Assembly (NCBI GenBank): GCA_963724225.1
Contig: CAVRTX010000004.1
Span: 25,000-88,999, forward strand
Source of the DNA: an uncultured Actinomycetota bacterium
GTDB taxonomy: Bacteria > Actinomycetota > Actinomycetes > Propionibacteriales > Nocardioidaceae
Direction: 5' to 3'
DNA: 64,000 nucleotides
Numbering within the stretch: position 1 is the first letter of the stretch; every line of letters begins with the position of its first letter. Made by a program: the position numbers and the translations under genes. Below, piece after piece: positions 20,684 through 30,547 of the stretch. Below the pieces are notes generated by a model. The model searched no databases, had not been told where the DNA came from, and saw only the letters and a list, made by a program, of their open reading frames with translations.

Positions 20684-20835
20684 TCAGCCGGCGTGGTCGG
20701 CGAGCACCCGCTCGAGGACGGCCGCCCCGGCACGCGCGTCGTCGGCCCGCGACCGGTCGACCCGCTCGTACGCCGTCGCGGCCTCGTGCAGCTCGCCAGC
20801 AGCTCGCGGCGGAGCAGGTCGGTGAGCGTCGGCAT
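20684..20835 (-). pseudogene. Small (~50 aa) hypothetical protein with apparent 1-nt deletion
   Basis: MPTLTDLLRRELL in one frame continues as ELHEAATAYERVDRSRADDARAGAAVLERVLADHAG* after a shift at ~20796. Confidence 0.4.
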
Positions 20836-20894
20836 GGCGGTCACGTAGGTCGCCCGGACGCGCGTGCGCCACGCAGATTCGGGCACCGGCGGCA

Positions 20895-21140
20895 CCAAGG
20901 CGAAGGGCCCTTGCAGGTATGAGCTACAAGGGCCCTTCGGTGTCCGGGAGGCTCGGGCCAAGGCCCTCACCGCCACGAACGAGGCGACCGGTACTGGTGA
21001 TGCTCCCGGCCGACGACTCCTCGACCCCGGTCCCAGCCACCGCATCACCCGGCAGCTGCGACGATCCCTGGGCGAACCAGTTCCCGTCGTACGGACCCTC
21101 GTCTCCGAGCCGTCCCGCTCTCCCCGGAGGGAGTGCGTGG
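20895..21140 (-). ncRNA. Candidate structured non-coding RNA (~245 nt)
   Basis: Promoter-like TTGCGG-N18-TAGAAC upstream. Long closing stem (21105-21117 with 20945-20956), internal stems and a strong 3' hairpin. No convincing ORF. Confidence 0.5.
20901..20939 (-). terminator. Strong hairpin, putative intrinsic terminator
   Basis: CGAAGGGCCCTTG...CAAGGGCCCTTCG, 13-bp perfect stem. Confidence 0.7.
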
Positions 21141-21191
21141 GAGAAGTTCTATGTCCTGTCGACGGGGGGCCGCAAGGGGTTCGCCGGAGGT

Positions 21192-21296
21192 ATTTCCACA
21201 TACTCCGGGTTCCGGCGTGTCGTCCCCAGCTGGTACCGGTTTCGTCCCCAGATCGGGGTGCGTCGTCCACACGCTCTCCACAGCCCCTGTGGACGA
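21192..21296. promoter_or_regulatory. Cluster of DnaA-box-like 9-mers
   Basis: ATTTCCACA 21192, TCGTCCCCA 21220 and 21242, TCGTCCACA 21263, CTCTCCACA 21274, TGTGGACGA (inverted) 21288. Confidence 0.5.
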
Positions 21297-21333
21297 ACGG
21301 CCGCGTCACGTCCGTCCCACCGGCCGGGCAGAA

Positions 21334-21397
21334 CCTGCACTTCCCGGGCGAAACTCTGCCTTGGAAGTGCAGGAGTCCCCGGCGAGCCGGGGAAACC
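21334..21397. repeat. Double-hairpin REP-like element
   Basis: CCTGCACTTCC...GGAAGTGCAGG followed by TCCCCGGCGAGCCGGGGAAACC. Confidence 0.55.
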
Positions 21398-21412
21398 TGC
21401 AACCGTCCGTCC

Positions 21413-22807
21413 TCAGACCCCCGCGAGCCGCGCGGACTCGTACGCCGCCGCGATCTCGAGCAGCCGACGGTCCTGGCCGTGGGCGGCGACCAGCTGCACG
21501 CCGACCGGCCAGCCCTCCTCGGTGGTGCCGGCCGGCACCGAGATCGCCGGGCAGCCGGTGACGCTGATCAGGTAGGCCGACCGCATCCACGACAGGTAGT
21601 CGGTCATGGGGGTGCCGTTGATCTCCCGGGGGTACTCCTCCTCGGCCGGGAACGGCGGGACCTGCGAGACCGGCAGCGCCAGCACGTCGTAGTCGGTGAA
21701 GAAGGCGCGCATCGTCTCCGTGAGCGCGGTGCGCTGCGCGTACGCCCGGGCGACGTCGGCGCCGGTGAGCGGTGCGCCGGCCCGGACGTTGTCGGCCAGG
21801 CTCTGCTTGAGGCCGTCGGGGTGCTCGCGGAGCAGCTCGCCGTAGCCCGCCTGGAAGCTCCAGGCGCGCAGCGTGCGGAAGGTGTCGTCGGCGAGGCCGA
21901 GGTCGGGGTGACCGGAGTAGACGTGGGCCCCGGCACGCACCATCGTCCGCCCCGCCTCCTCGACGATCGCCGCGACGCGCGCATCCACCTCGAGCAGCCC
22001 GCCGAGGTCGCTGGTCCAGCCGACCTTCAGCCCGACGAGCGACCCGTGGAGCGGCGGGAGGAAGGTGTGGCCGGGGTTGGCCAGCGCCAGCGGCACCCGT
22101 GGGTCGGGCCCGGCCATCACCGACAGCAGCAGCGCGACGTCGGCCACGTCGCGGGCGAGCGGCCCGCTGACCGACGTCGTCTCCCACTGGTTGTCGGCAG
22201 GCCACGAGGGAACCCGGCCGAGCGAGGGCCGCAGCCCGACGACGCCGCAGAACGACGCCGGGTTGCGCAGGCTGCCGCCCATGTCGGACCCGTCGGCCAG
22301 CGGCACCATCCCGGCCGCCAGCGCCGCCGCCGCTCCCCCGCTGGAGCCCCCGGCGGACCGGCTGGGGTCGCGCGGGTTGCGGGTGGTGCCGAAGACCCGG
22401 TTGAAGGTGTGGGAGCCGGCCGCGAACTCCGGGACGTTGGTGCGGCCGATCAGGACCGCCCCGGCGTGCCGGATCCGCTCGACGACGAGGGCGTCGCGCT
22501 CGGGCACGTGGTCGGCGAAGAGCGGCGAGCCGTACGTCGTGCGCCAGCCGGCGACGTCGTGGGTGTCCTTGACCGCGAACGGCAGGCCGTGGAGCGGTCC
22601 GACCGGCCAGCCGCGGGCCAGGTGGTCGTCGGCTGCGGCGGCGCCGGCGCGTGCCCGCTCCTCGTCGAGCGAGACGATCGCCGTCAGCCGCGGGTTGAGC
22701 GCCGCGATCCGCTCCAGGTGGAGGTCGAGCAGCTCGCGCGCCGAGATCACCCGCCGGCGTACGGCCTCGGCCTGGTCGCGGGCCGGGGAGTCGACTGTGA
22801 TCGTCAC
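21413..22807 (-). CDS. Amidase-signature family amidase
   Basis: AVKD, GRTNVPEF, AGGSSGG, GSDMGGSLRNPAS (Lys/cisSer/Ser triad). Confidence 0.93.
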   Translation of the reverse strand: MTITVDSPARDQAEAVRRRVISARELLDLHLERIAALNPRLTAIVSLDEERARAGAAAADDHLARGWPVGPLHGLPFAVKDTHDVAGWRTTYGSPLFADHVPERDALVVERIRHAGAVLIGRTNVPEFAAGSHTFNRVFGTTRNPRDPSRSAGGSSGGAAAALAAGMVPLADGSDMGGSLRNPASFCGVVGLRPSLGRVPSWPADNQWETTSVSGPLARDVADVALLLSVMAGPDPRVPLALANPGHTFLPPLHGSLVGLKVGWTSDLGGLLEVDARVAAIVEEAGRTMVRAGAHVYSGHPDLGLADDTFRTLRAWSFQAGYGELLREHPDGLKQSLADNVRAGAPLTGADVARAYAQRTALTETMRAFFTDYDVLALPVSQVPPFPAEEEYPREINGTPMTDYLSWMRSAYLISVTGCPAISVPAGTTEEGWPVGVQLVAAHGQDRRLLEIAAAYESARLAGV

Positions 22808-22814
22808 GCAGCCA

Positions 22815-23438
22815 TCATCGCCGACGGCCCAGCAGCACCCCGAGCAGCACCAGCCCGGCGCCGACCGCGATCCCCGTGAGGAAGTCGGTGCGCGAGTCGG
22901 TGGAGCCGGCCCGGCCCGGGCGTGCGTCGGTGTAGACCCGCGGCATGCTGCCGTCCTCGGCGGCGGTGGCCCCGCCCACGGCGGCGACCCCGGGCGTGGC
23001 CGCGCCGCTCAGGACGTCGCCGACGTTGCCGAAGAACTCGCCGGCCATCCGCTTCGAGACCGAGGTGAGCATCCGCTGCCCGACGCCGCCGACCATGCCG
23101 CCCACCACCGCGTCGGCGTCGTAGGTGACCGTCGTGCTGTCGCCCTCACCGGCGAACCGCACCTGGACGGTCGCCCCCACCGTGCCGGGGGCGCCCGCGC
23201 CCTGCAGCCGCATCGTGAGCGACTCGTGGGGCACCAGGTCCGAGAGCACGCAGGAGCCGCTGTAGGTGCCCTTGATCGCGGCGACGCCGGCCGTGACGGT
23301 CATGGCGTACGCGTGGTCGCCCGACGTCTCCATCCGCTCGCAGCCCGGGATGGTGCGGACCAGCACCGCGGGGTCGAGCAGCGCGTCCCAGACCTGGTCG
23401 ACGGGAGCGGGGAGGGTGTTCTCGCCCGTGAACTTCAT
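22815..23438 (-). CDS. CoxG/SRPBCC accessory protein with C-terminal membrane anchor
   Basis: VWDALLDP...TIPGCE, GGVGQRML, hydrophobic tail ending in RRR. Confidence 0.88.
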   Translation of the reverse strand: MKFTGENTLPAPVDQVWDALLDPAVLVRTIPGCERMETSGDHAYAMTVTAGVAAIKGTYSGSCVLSDLVPHESLTMRLQGAGAPGTVGATVQVRFAGEGDSTTVTYDADAVVGGMVGGVGQRMLTSVSKRMAGEFFGNVGDVLSGAATPGVAAVGGATAAEDGSMPRVYTDARPGRAGSTDSRTDFLTGIAVGAGLVLLGVLLGRRR

Positions 23439-25836
23439 GGGGTCTCCTCGGGTCGGTGGAGCTCGCGCAGGTGGAACAGGTCCGAGGGCGAGATCGGCAT
23501 GGCGGTGATCGTCAGGCCCGGCTGGTGGGGCGCCTCGGCGTCCTCGATGGCGGCCGCGAAGACGGCCGCGGACGGGATCACGCCGGCCTCGCCCGCGCCC
23601 TTGATGCCGAGCGGGTTGAGCGGCGACGGCGTCTCGAGGTGGTCGATGTCGATCCGCGCGGGCACCTCGGTGACGTAGGGCATCAGGAAGTCCATGAAGG
23701 AGGCGTTGAGCAGCTGGCCCGACTCGTCGTACGCCATCCGCTCGTAGAGCGCGCCTCCGACGCCCTGCGCGACCCCGCCGTGGATCTGCCCCTCGACGAT
23801 CATCGGGTTGATCAGGTGGCCGCAGTCGTGGACCACCGCGTACTTGAGGATCCGCACCTCGGCGGTGTCGGGGTCGGTCTCGACGACCACCGCGTGCATG
23901 CCCGAGGCGAAGGTCGAGCGCTCGGGTGAGTAGAAGTCGCGGCCCTCGAGCCCGGGCTCGTCGTCCTCGGCGACCGGTGGCTTGCCGGGGTCGCCGACGG
24001 AGAACTGGGTCGCCGCCTTGGACGCCTCGTCGAAGGCGTAGCGCAGCGGGTTGGACAGCACCGCCACCGTGCCGAGGTCGATGGCCGACTCGGTGCCGAC
24101 GACCCGGACCACGCCGTCGCTGATCTCGAGGTCGTCGACCGACGCCTCCAGCGCCTCGGCCGCGATCCGCAGCGCCTTCTCCCTGGCCCGCTTCGCCGCC
24201 AGGTGGACCGCCGACCCGCTCATCACGGCGGCGCGGGAGGCGAAGGTGCCGACGGCGTACGGCATCCGGCGGGTGTCGCCGGTGGTCACCTCGACCGACT
24301 CGAACGGCACCCCGAGCTCGTCGGCCACGATCTGCGCGAACGCGGTCTGGTGGCCCTGCCCCTGCGTCGTGAGGCCGGTCGCCACCTTGACCTTGCCGGA
24401 GGTCTCGACATGGACGTGGGCGCCCTCGTAGGGGCCGACGCCGGTGCCCTCGACGTAGCAGGCGAGGCCGATGCCGACCCGTTTCCCCGCGGCCGCCTGC
24501 TCCGCGCGGAACGCCTCGAAGTCGTCCCAGCCGACGAGCTCCTTGAGCTTGGCCAGCGAGGCGGGGTAGTCGCCGGAGTCGTACTCGAGCTCGCGGCCGT
24601 CCTGGAAGATCAGCCCCTGGTCGTACGGGAACTCGTCGGGCTGGATGAAGTTGGCCGACCGGACCTCGGTGCGGTCCTTGCCGAGGGCGGCGGCGATCGC
24701 GTCCATCGTCCGCTCCATGACGAAGCAGCCCTGCGGCCGGCCGGCGCCGCGGTAGGGCGTCACCATCACGGTGTTGGTGTAGAGGCTCTCGAAGACCACC
24801 CGGTAGGCGCCCGGCTTGTACGGCCCGAGCAGCTGGGTCGAGGTGATGATCGGGACGATCAGGCCGTACGGCGTCCAGGCGCCGTGGTCGTGCCAGAACT
24901 GCACGTCGAGCCCGAGCACCCGCCCGTCGTCGTCGTAGCCGACCTCGACGTGGTGGACCTGGCCGCGCTCGTGGGCGGAGGAGATGAAGTGCTCGCGCCG
25001 GTCCTCGGTGAACCGCACGGGCACGCCGAGCACCCGCGCGGCCAGCGGCACCAGCAGCTCCTCGGGCCACGGGTGGTTGATCTTGACCCCGAAGCCGCCG
25101 CCCACGTCGGGGGTGACGACGTCGACCTGGCCGAGGTCGAGGCCGAGCTTGGCGGCCACGCAGCCCCGGACCCCGGTGGAGGTCTGGGTCGACGACCACA
25201 CGGTCATCCGTCCGGTGTCGGGATCCCAGCGGGCGACGACGCCGCGGCCCTCCATCGGCTGGCAGGCGGACCGCTCGACGGTCAGGTCGAGCTCGAGCGT
25301 GTGCGGGGCCGCTGCGATCGCCGCGGCGGCGTCGCCGTTGGACTGCTCCATCCGGGCGCCGACGTTGCCGGGGACGTCGTCGTGGACCAGCCGGTCGGCC
25401 GCCCGGGCGGCGGCGATGCCGACGACCGGCTCGAGGAACTCGTAGTCGACCCGGATCCGGCCGACGGCGTCCTCGGCGACGTAGCGGTCGTCGGCGACCA
25501 CGAACGCGATCGCCTCGCCGACGTGGTTGACCTCGTCCTTCGCCAGCGCGAGCTGGGTGCGGCCGTGGGTGAGCGCGGGGTGCGGGATCAGCAGCGGAAG
25601 CGGCTCCGCCATCGGCCCGGTCAGGTCGTCGTGGGTCCACACCAGGTGGACGCCCTCGAGGTCCAGCACGTCCGTGACGTCGATGTCGACGATCCGCGCG
25701 TGGGCGTGGGGCGACCGGAGCACCGCCGCGTGCAGCACCCGCTGCCCGACGAGCACGTCGTCGACGTACCGCCCGCGGCCGCGGAGGAACCGCTGGTCCT
25801 CCGTGCGCGGGACCTTGGTGCCGAACAGCTTGGTCG

Positions 25837-25840
<4 letters not shown>
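23435..25840 (-). CDS. Molybdenum hydroxylase large subunit (xanthine dehydrogenase family), candidate uracil/thymine dehydrogenase L
   Basis: LRSPHAHA, DVGGGFGVK, YRGAGRP, QGQGHQT, GTFASR, GIKGAGE. Lacks the AYxCSFR loop of aerobic CO dehydrogenase. Confidence 0.9.
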
Positions 25841-26324
<484 letters not shown>

Positions 26325-26328
<4 letters not shown>

Positions 26329-27167
26329 GCCGCCCTCCCGCGTGCGTGGTCGGTGGCGGCCGCGAGCACCCGCCGGGTGAGCACCCGGACCAGCTGGGTG
26401 CGGTAGGCCGCCGTCGCGTGGATGTCGTCGCCGGGCTCGAGCGACTCCAGGGCCCGCTCGGCGGCGGCGTCGCCGTCGAGGCCGGTCACGTCGACGACGG
26501 TCGGGACGTCGTGGACCGAGAGGTAGCCGAGCCGGGCGGCGACCACCGCGTCGCCCTCGACCCGGACCACACCGGCGACCCCGCACAGCGCGTAGTCACC
26601 GTGGCGCCGGGCGATCTCGGCGAAGCCGGCTCCCTCCCCCGGCCCCAGCACCGGGAACGACGCGGACAGCGCCAGCTCGTCCGCGGCGAGCGTCGACTCC
26701 AGCGGTCCGGCGAACAGGTCGGGCGCAGCGATCGTGCGTCGGCCACGCACCGATGCGACCTCGACCGAGCCGCCGAGCACGGCCAGCACCGCCGGCATCT
26801 CGGCCGCAGCGTCGGCGTGGACGATCGATCCGACGGTGGTCCCGCGGTTGCGGATCGTCGCGTGGGCCACGTGCGAGAGCGCCATCGCGACCAGCGGCTG
26901 GGCCTCGCGGGCGCCCTCGTGGGCGAGCAGGTCGGCGTGGCGTACCAGCGCCCCGACCCGGACCTCGTCGTCGGTGACGGTCACCGTGTCGAGGTCCGGG
27001 AGCCGGTTGACGTCGACGAGCGTGGCGGGCGCGGCCAGCCGCATCGAGAGCAGCGGCACCAGGCTCTGCCCGCCGGCCAGCACCTTCGCCCCCGGCTCGC
27101 CCGCGAGCGCCTCGAGCGCGGCCTCGAGGGTCTCCGGACGGCGGTAGGCGAAGGGTGCTGGCTTCAC
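26325..27167 (-). CDS. Mo-hydroxylase medium FAD subunit
   Basis: MKPAPFAY, LAGGQSL, IRNRGTTVGS, RRHGDYA. Confidence 0.94.
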
Positions 27168-27174
27168 GTGGGCG

Positions 27175-28635
27175 TCAGACCTCCTTGGCGCGCTTGCCGG
27201 GCTCCGACCCGTCGGTGGCGTGGGCGCCCGTGGCGCCCACCGCCATCATCGTGCCCTCGGCGTCGCGGGGAGCGACGACGCGGGCCAGGTGGTAGCCGGC
27301 CACGATCACGATCGTGCCGGCGGCGATGCCGCCGAGGGTGAAGGTGTCGGTGATCGAGAAGAAGCCCGTGGTGCCGTACCCGATCCCGATGATCAGCCCG
27401 GCCGAGATCGGCACGAGGTTGACCGGGTTGGCGAAGTTCACGTTGTTCTCGATCCAGATCTTGGCACCCAGGAGACCGATCATCCCGTACAGCACCAGGG
27501 TGATGCCGCCGAGCACGCCTGCCGGGGTGGCGTTGACGATCGCCCCGAACTTCGGCACCAGGCCGAGCAGGATCGCGACCACCGCGGCGACGTAGTAGGC
27601 GGCGGTCGAGTAGACGCGGGTCGCGGCCATGACCCCGATGTTCTCGGCGTACGTCGTGGTCGGCGAGCCGCCCACCGACGTGGCGATCACGGTGCCGACA
27701 CCGTCGGCTGCCACCGCCCGGCCCATCACCGGGTCGAGGTCGACGCCGGTCATCCCGGAGACCGCCTTGACGTGGCCGATGTTCTCGGCGACCAGCGCGA
27801 TCACGGCCGGCATGGCCAGCAGGGCGAAGGTGATCGAGAACGACGGCAGGTGCCAGCCGACCTCGGCCATCCCGGGCGTGAACGCCTGGTTGCCGACGAG
27901 GCCGTCGGCCGTGTGCGGCGGGAAGCCGAACCACTTGGCGCTCTCGACCAGGCTCCAGTCGACGCGGAGGTGGGTGGTCGCCTCGGTCGCGCCCGGCAGC
28001 GTCGAGGTGATCTCGCCGAAGACCAGGTCGGCCAGCCAGGAGATGACGTAGCCGAAGAGCAGTCCGAGCAGGACCGCCACCCGGCCCGCGAAGCCGCGCA
28101 GCCCGACCGCCATCAGGATCACGGCGGTCATCGTGATGATCGCGATCCAGGGATCGGCAGGCATGTAGGTGTCGGTGGCGACCCCGGCGAGGTTGAAGCC
28201 GATCAGCATGACCACGGCGCCGGTGACGACCGGCGGCAGCACCTTGTTGACGGACTCGGCGCCGAGGAAGTGGATCACCACACCGACCAGCGCCAGCACC
28301 ACGCCCGAGACCAGGATGGCGCCCGTCACGTCGTACGGACCGCCCCCCTGGGCGTAGATCGCGAAGGCGCCGCCCACGAAGGACGCGGACGTGCCGAGGT
28401 AGCTCGGCACCTTGTTCTTGACGATCAGCAGGAAGCAGATCGTGGCGATGCCGCTCATCATGATCGCGAGGTTGGCGTTCAGCCCCATGATCAGCGGGAA
28501 GACGAACGTCGCCCCGAACATCGCGATGACGTGCTGGGCGCCGAGACCGGCGGTCTTGCCCCAGGCCAGGCGCTGGTGAGGGGCGACGGCCTCACCCGGT
28601 GCGGGATCGACGACCTCCCACTTGAACATCGACAT
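27175..28635 (-). CDS. NCS2 (UraA-like) uracil/xanthine permease
   Basis: QHVIAMFGAT, YLGTSASF, ENIGH, TTYAENIGVMAATRV. AAGGAG RBS. Confidence 0.93.
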   Translation of the reverse strand: MSMFKWEVVDPAPGEAVAPHQRLAWGKTAGLGAQHVIAMFGATFVFPLIMGLNANLAIMMSGIATICFLLIVKNKVPSYLGTSASFVGGAFAIYAQGGGPYDVTGAILVSGVVLALVGVVIHFLGAESVNKVLPPVVTGAVVMLIGFNLAGVATDTYMPADPWIAIITMTAVILMAVGLRGFAGRVAVLLGLLFGYVISWLADLVFGEITSTLPGATEATTHLRVDWSLVESAKWFGFPPHTADGLVGNQAFTPGMAEVGWHLPSFSITFALLAMPAVIALVAENIGHVKAVSGMTGVDLDPVMGRAVAADGVGTVIATSVGGSPTTTYAENIGVMAATRVYSTAAYYVAAVVAILLGLVPKFGAIVNATPAGVLGGITLVLYGMIGLLGAKIWIENNVNFANPVNLVPISAGLIIGIGYGTTGFFSITDTFTLGGIAAGTIVIVAGYHLARVVAPRDAEGTMMAVGATGAHATDGSEPGKRAKEV

Positions 28636-28674
28636 GGTGACCCTCCTTGGCGCTGCTGAGCCCCGAGGTTGCTC

Positions 28675-28753
28675 AAGTTAGTTGCCGACATCTCACACCC
28701 TCGACGGCGACAAATGCCGAAGGAACGCCGTACGCGCTGGCACACCTTGCCGC
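28675..28753 (-). promoter_or_regulatory. Permease operon promoter with tandem candidate PucR operator
   Basis: -10 TAACTT (28675-28680, minus strand). ACGGCG-ACAAA-TGCCGA (28704-28720) and CTGGCA-CACCT-TGCCGC (28737-28753), 33 bp apart. Confidence 0.6.
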
Positions 28754-28775
28754 GCGGCGGCTGCTCCCGAGTTCG

Positions 28776-28993
28776 GAGGTTGAGGTGCGAGGCCGCCGGG
28801 CCGCTGCGTCGGCGAGGTTGAGGTGCGAGGCCGCCGGCCGCCGCGTCGGCGGAGGTTGAGGTGCGAAGGCCGCCAGGCCTGAGCCTCGAAACCCCGTGAG
28901 CCGCGCGCGCTCCTGGTCCATGCGTACGGCTCCCGGTCGCCGCCCTGCACACGGTACGGGGGTTTCGAGGCTCGCTCCGCTCGCACCTCAACC
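28776..28993. repeat. REP/BIME-like cluster: three tandem 38-bp units plus an inverted copy
   Basis: GAGGTTGAGGTGCGA(A)GGCCGCC at 28776, 28814 and 28852. Inverted GGTTTCGAGGCTCGCTCCGCTCGCACCTCAACC at 28961-28993. Confidence 0.8.
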
Positions 28994-29065
28994 CCCGAAG
29001 CCCGCAGCGGCGCGGGCGGCTGGTGGTGGCGCCGCCGGCGTCGGGGAGCCGCCTAAGGTGCAGCC

Positions 29066-30085
29066 ATGGGTCTCGGTCGCTGGCTGGTCCGGCTGGAGCG
29101 CACGTACGACGGGCTCCGCCACCGCCGTGCCGCCGACCGGGCGCCGACCGACTTCCGGATCGAGTGCTACCTCGGCCACGGCGGAGCGGAGGGCGTGGTG
29201 GTCCGGGGCCGCGTGCTCGACGACCCGGAGCCCAGCGAGGCGGTCGAGGGCGAGCGGGTCCACGCCGCGGTGCGCCGGGTGCTGCGACACTTCGTGACCG
29301 GCGAGCTGCCCGGGGTGCCCCTGCGGGTGACCGTGGGGGACGCGACGGTCGAGACCGAGACGGATGCCGACGGCTACTTCTGGCTGACGCTCCACCCCGA
29401 CCCCGCCACGCTCGTCAGCCCCTGGACCACGGGCACGGTGGAGCTCGCCGGCGACTACCGCGGCCTGACCGGGGTCCGTACGACGCCGGTCGAGGTGCTG
29501 GTCCCGGCAGCCGACGCCCGGTTCGGCATCGTCTCCGACGTCGACGACACGGTGCTCCAGACCGGGGTGCAGCGGCTCGGCCAGATGCTGCGCCAGACGT
29601 TCACCGGCTCAGCCCTCACGCGGACGTCGTTCCCCGGCGCACCCGAGCTCTACCGCGACCTCGCTGGCGTCGCCAACCCGGTCTTCTACGTCTCCTCCAG
29701 CCCGTGGAACCTGCACGCGTTCCTCATCGGCTTCCTGCGTCACCAGCGGCTCCCGCTCGGTCCGGTGCTGCTGCGCGACCTGCTCGGCTCCGCGCGCGGC
29801 CGCGAGCAGAAGGGCGGCCGCATCGAGGAGATCCTGCGGATGCACCCCGACCTGCCGTTCGTGCTGATGGGCGACTCCGGCGAGAAGGACCCGCAGGTCT
29901 ACGCCGAGATCGTCCGCGACCACCCGCGCCGCGTCCTCGCCGTCTACATCCGCGAGGTCCGGCTCGACCCCGGCGACGGCCGGGTCGAGGAGGTCTCCGA
30001 CGCCTGGGACCACGACGTCCCGTTCGTGCTGGCGGCCGACAGCGACGTCGTACGCCGCCACGCGGTCAGCCTCGGGCTGCTCTGA
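29066..30085 (+). CDS. App1-family (DUF2183) phosphatidate phosphatase-like protein
   Basis: SDVDDTV, YVSSSPWNL, LMGDSGEKDP. Confidence 0.88.
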   Translation: MGLGRWLVRLERTYDGLRHRRAADRAPTDFRIECYLGHGGAEGVVVRGRVLDDPEPSEAVEGERVHAAVRRVLRHFVTGELPGVPLRVTVGDATVETETDADGYFWLTLHPDPATLVSPWTTGTVELAGDYRGLTGVRTTPVEVLVPAADARFGIVSDVDDTVLQTGVQRLGQMLRQTFTGSALTRTSFPGAPELYRDLAGVANPVFYVSSSPWNLHAFLIGFLRHQRLPLGPVLLRDLLGSARGREQKGGRIEEILRMHPDLPFVLMGDSGEKDPQVYAEIVRDHPRRVLAVYIREVRLDPGDGRVEEVSDAWDHDVPFVLAADSDVVRRHAVSLGLL

Positions 30086-30500
30086 CCTCGCCACCCGGCG
30101 CACGGACCAGAACCCGCGCCATCGGGAGCAGCGGCACCACGCTCGCCACGAGCAGCGCGAGGCCGAACACCCGGTCCGCCTCGTAGCCGCCCCGCGCGGC
30201 GAGCATGCCACCGGCCAGCATCCCGACCACCGCGAACAGCGCCGCCACGACCGCGCCGACCACGGCGGCGCGCCGGGTGACGACCTCGGACCGGGCAGCG
30301 ACGGCCACCACTGCGCAGACCAGCGCCACCAGCACCGGCCAGACGGCGTAGAACACCGTCACGACGACGAACACGAACACGTAGCCCCACGACCCCGCTG
30401 ACTGCGCGAGGCCGGACGCGTCGATCAGCCAGCTGGCGACACCGACGAGGCCGATCTGGACGAGGAGGGACAGCAGCGGGAGCCACGGACGAGGAGTCAT
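30066..30500 (-). CDS. Hypothetical membrane protein (~4 TM)
   Basis: MTPRPWLPLLSLLVQIGLV...; four hydrophobic segments. Confidence 0.65.
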   Translation of the reverse strand: MTPRPWLPLLSLLVQIGLVGVASWLIDASGLAQSAGSWGYVFVFVVVTVFYAVWPVLVALVCAVVAVAARSEVVTRRAAVVGAVVAALFAVVGMLAGGMLAARGGYEADRVFGLALLVASVVPLLPMARVLVRAPGGEVRAARG

Positions 30501-30547
30501 GGCCCCAGCCTGACCACCCCACGTCGCGCCGTCATGAGAACGCGTAC

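Noticed and set aside
21192-21296. Chromosomal origin oriC
   Set aside because: No dnaA/dnaN/rpmH context and no AT-rich unwinding element; kept only as a non-origin box cluster.
28776-28893. Possible mini-CRISPR (three repeats at 38-bp period)
   Set aside because: The spacers are ~14 bp and nearly identical, no cas genes are present, and the unit matches the dispersed REP-like element.
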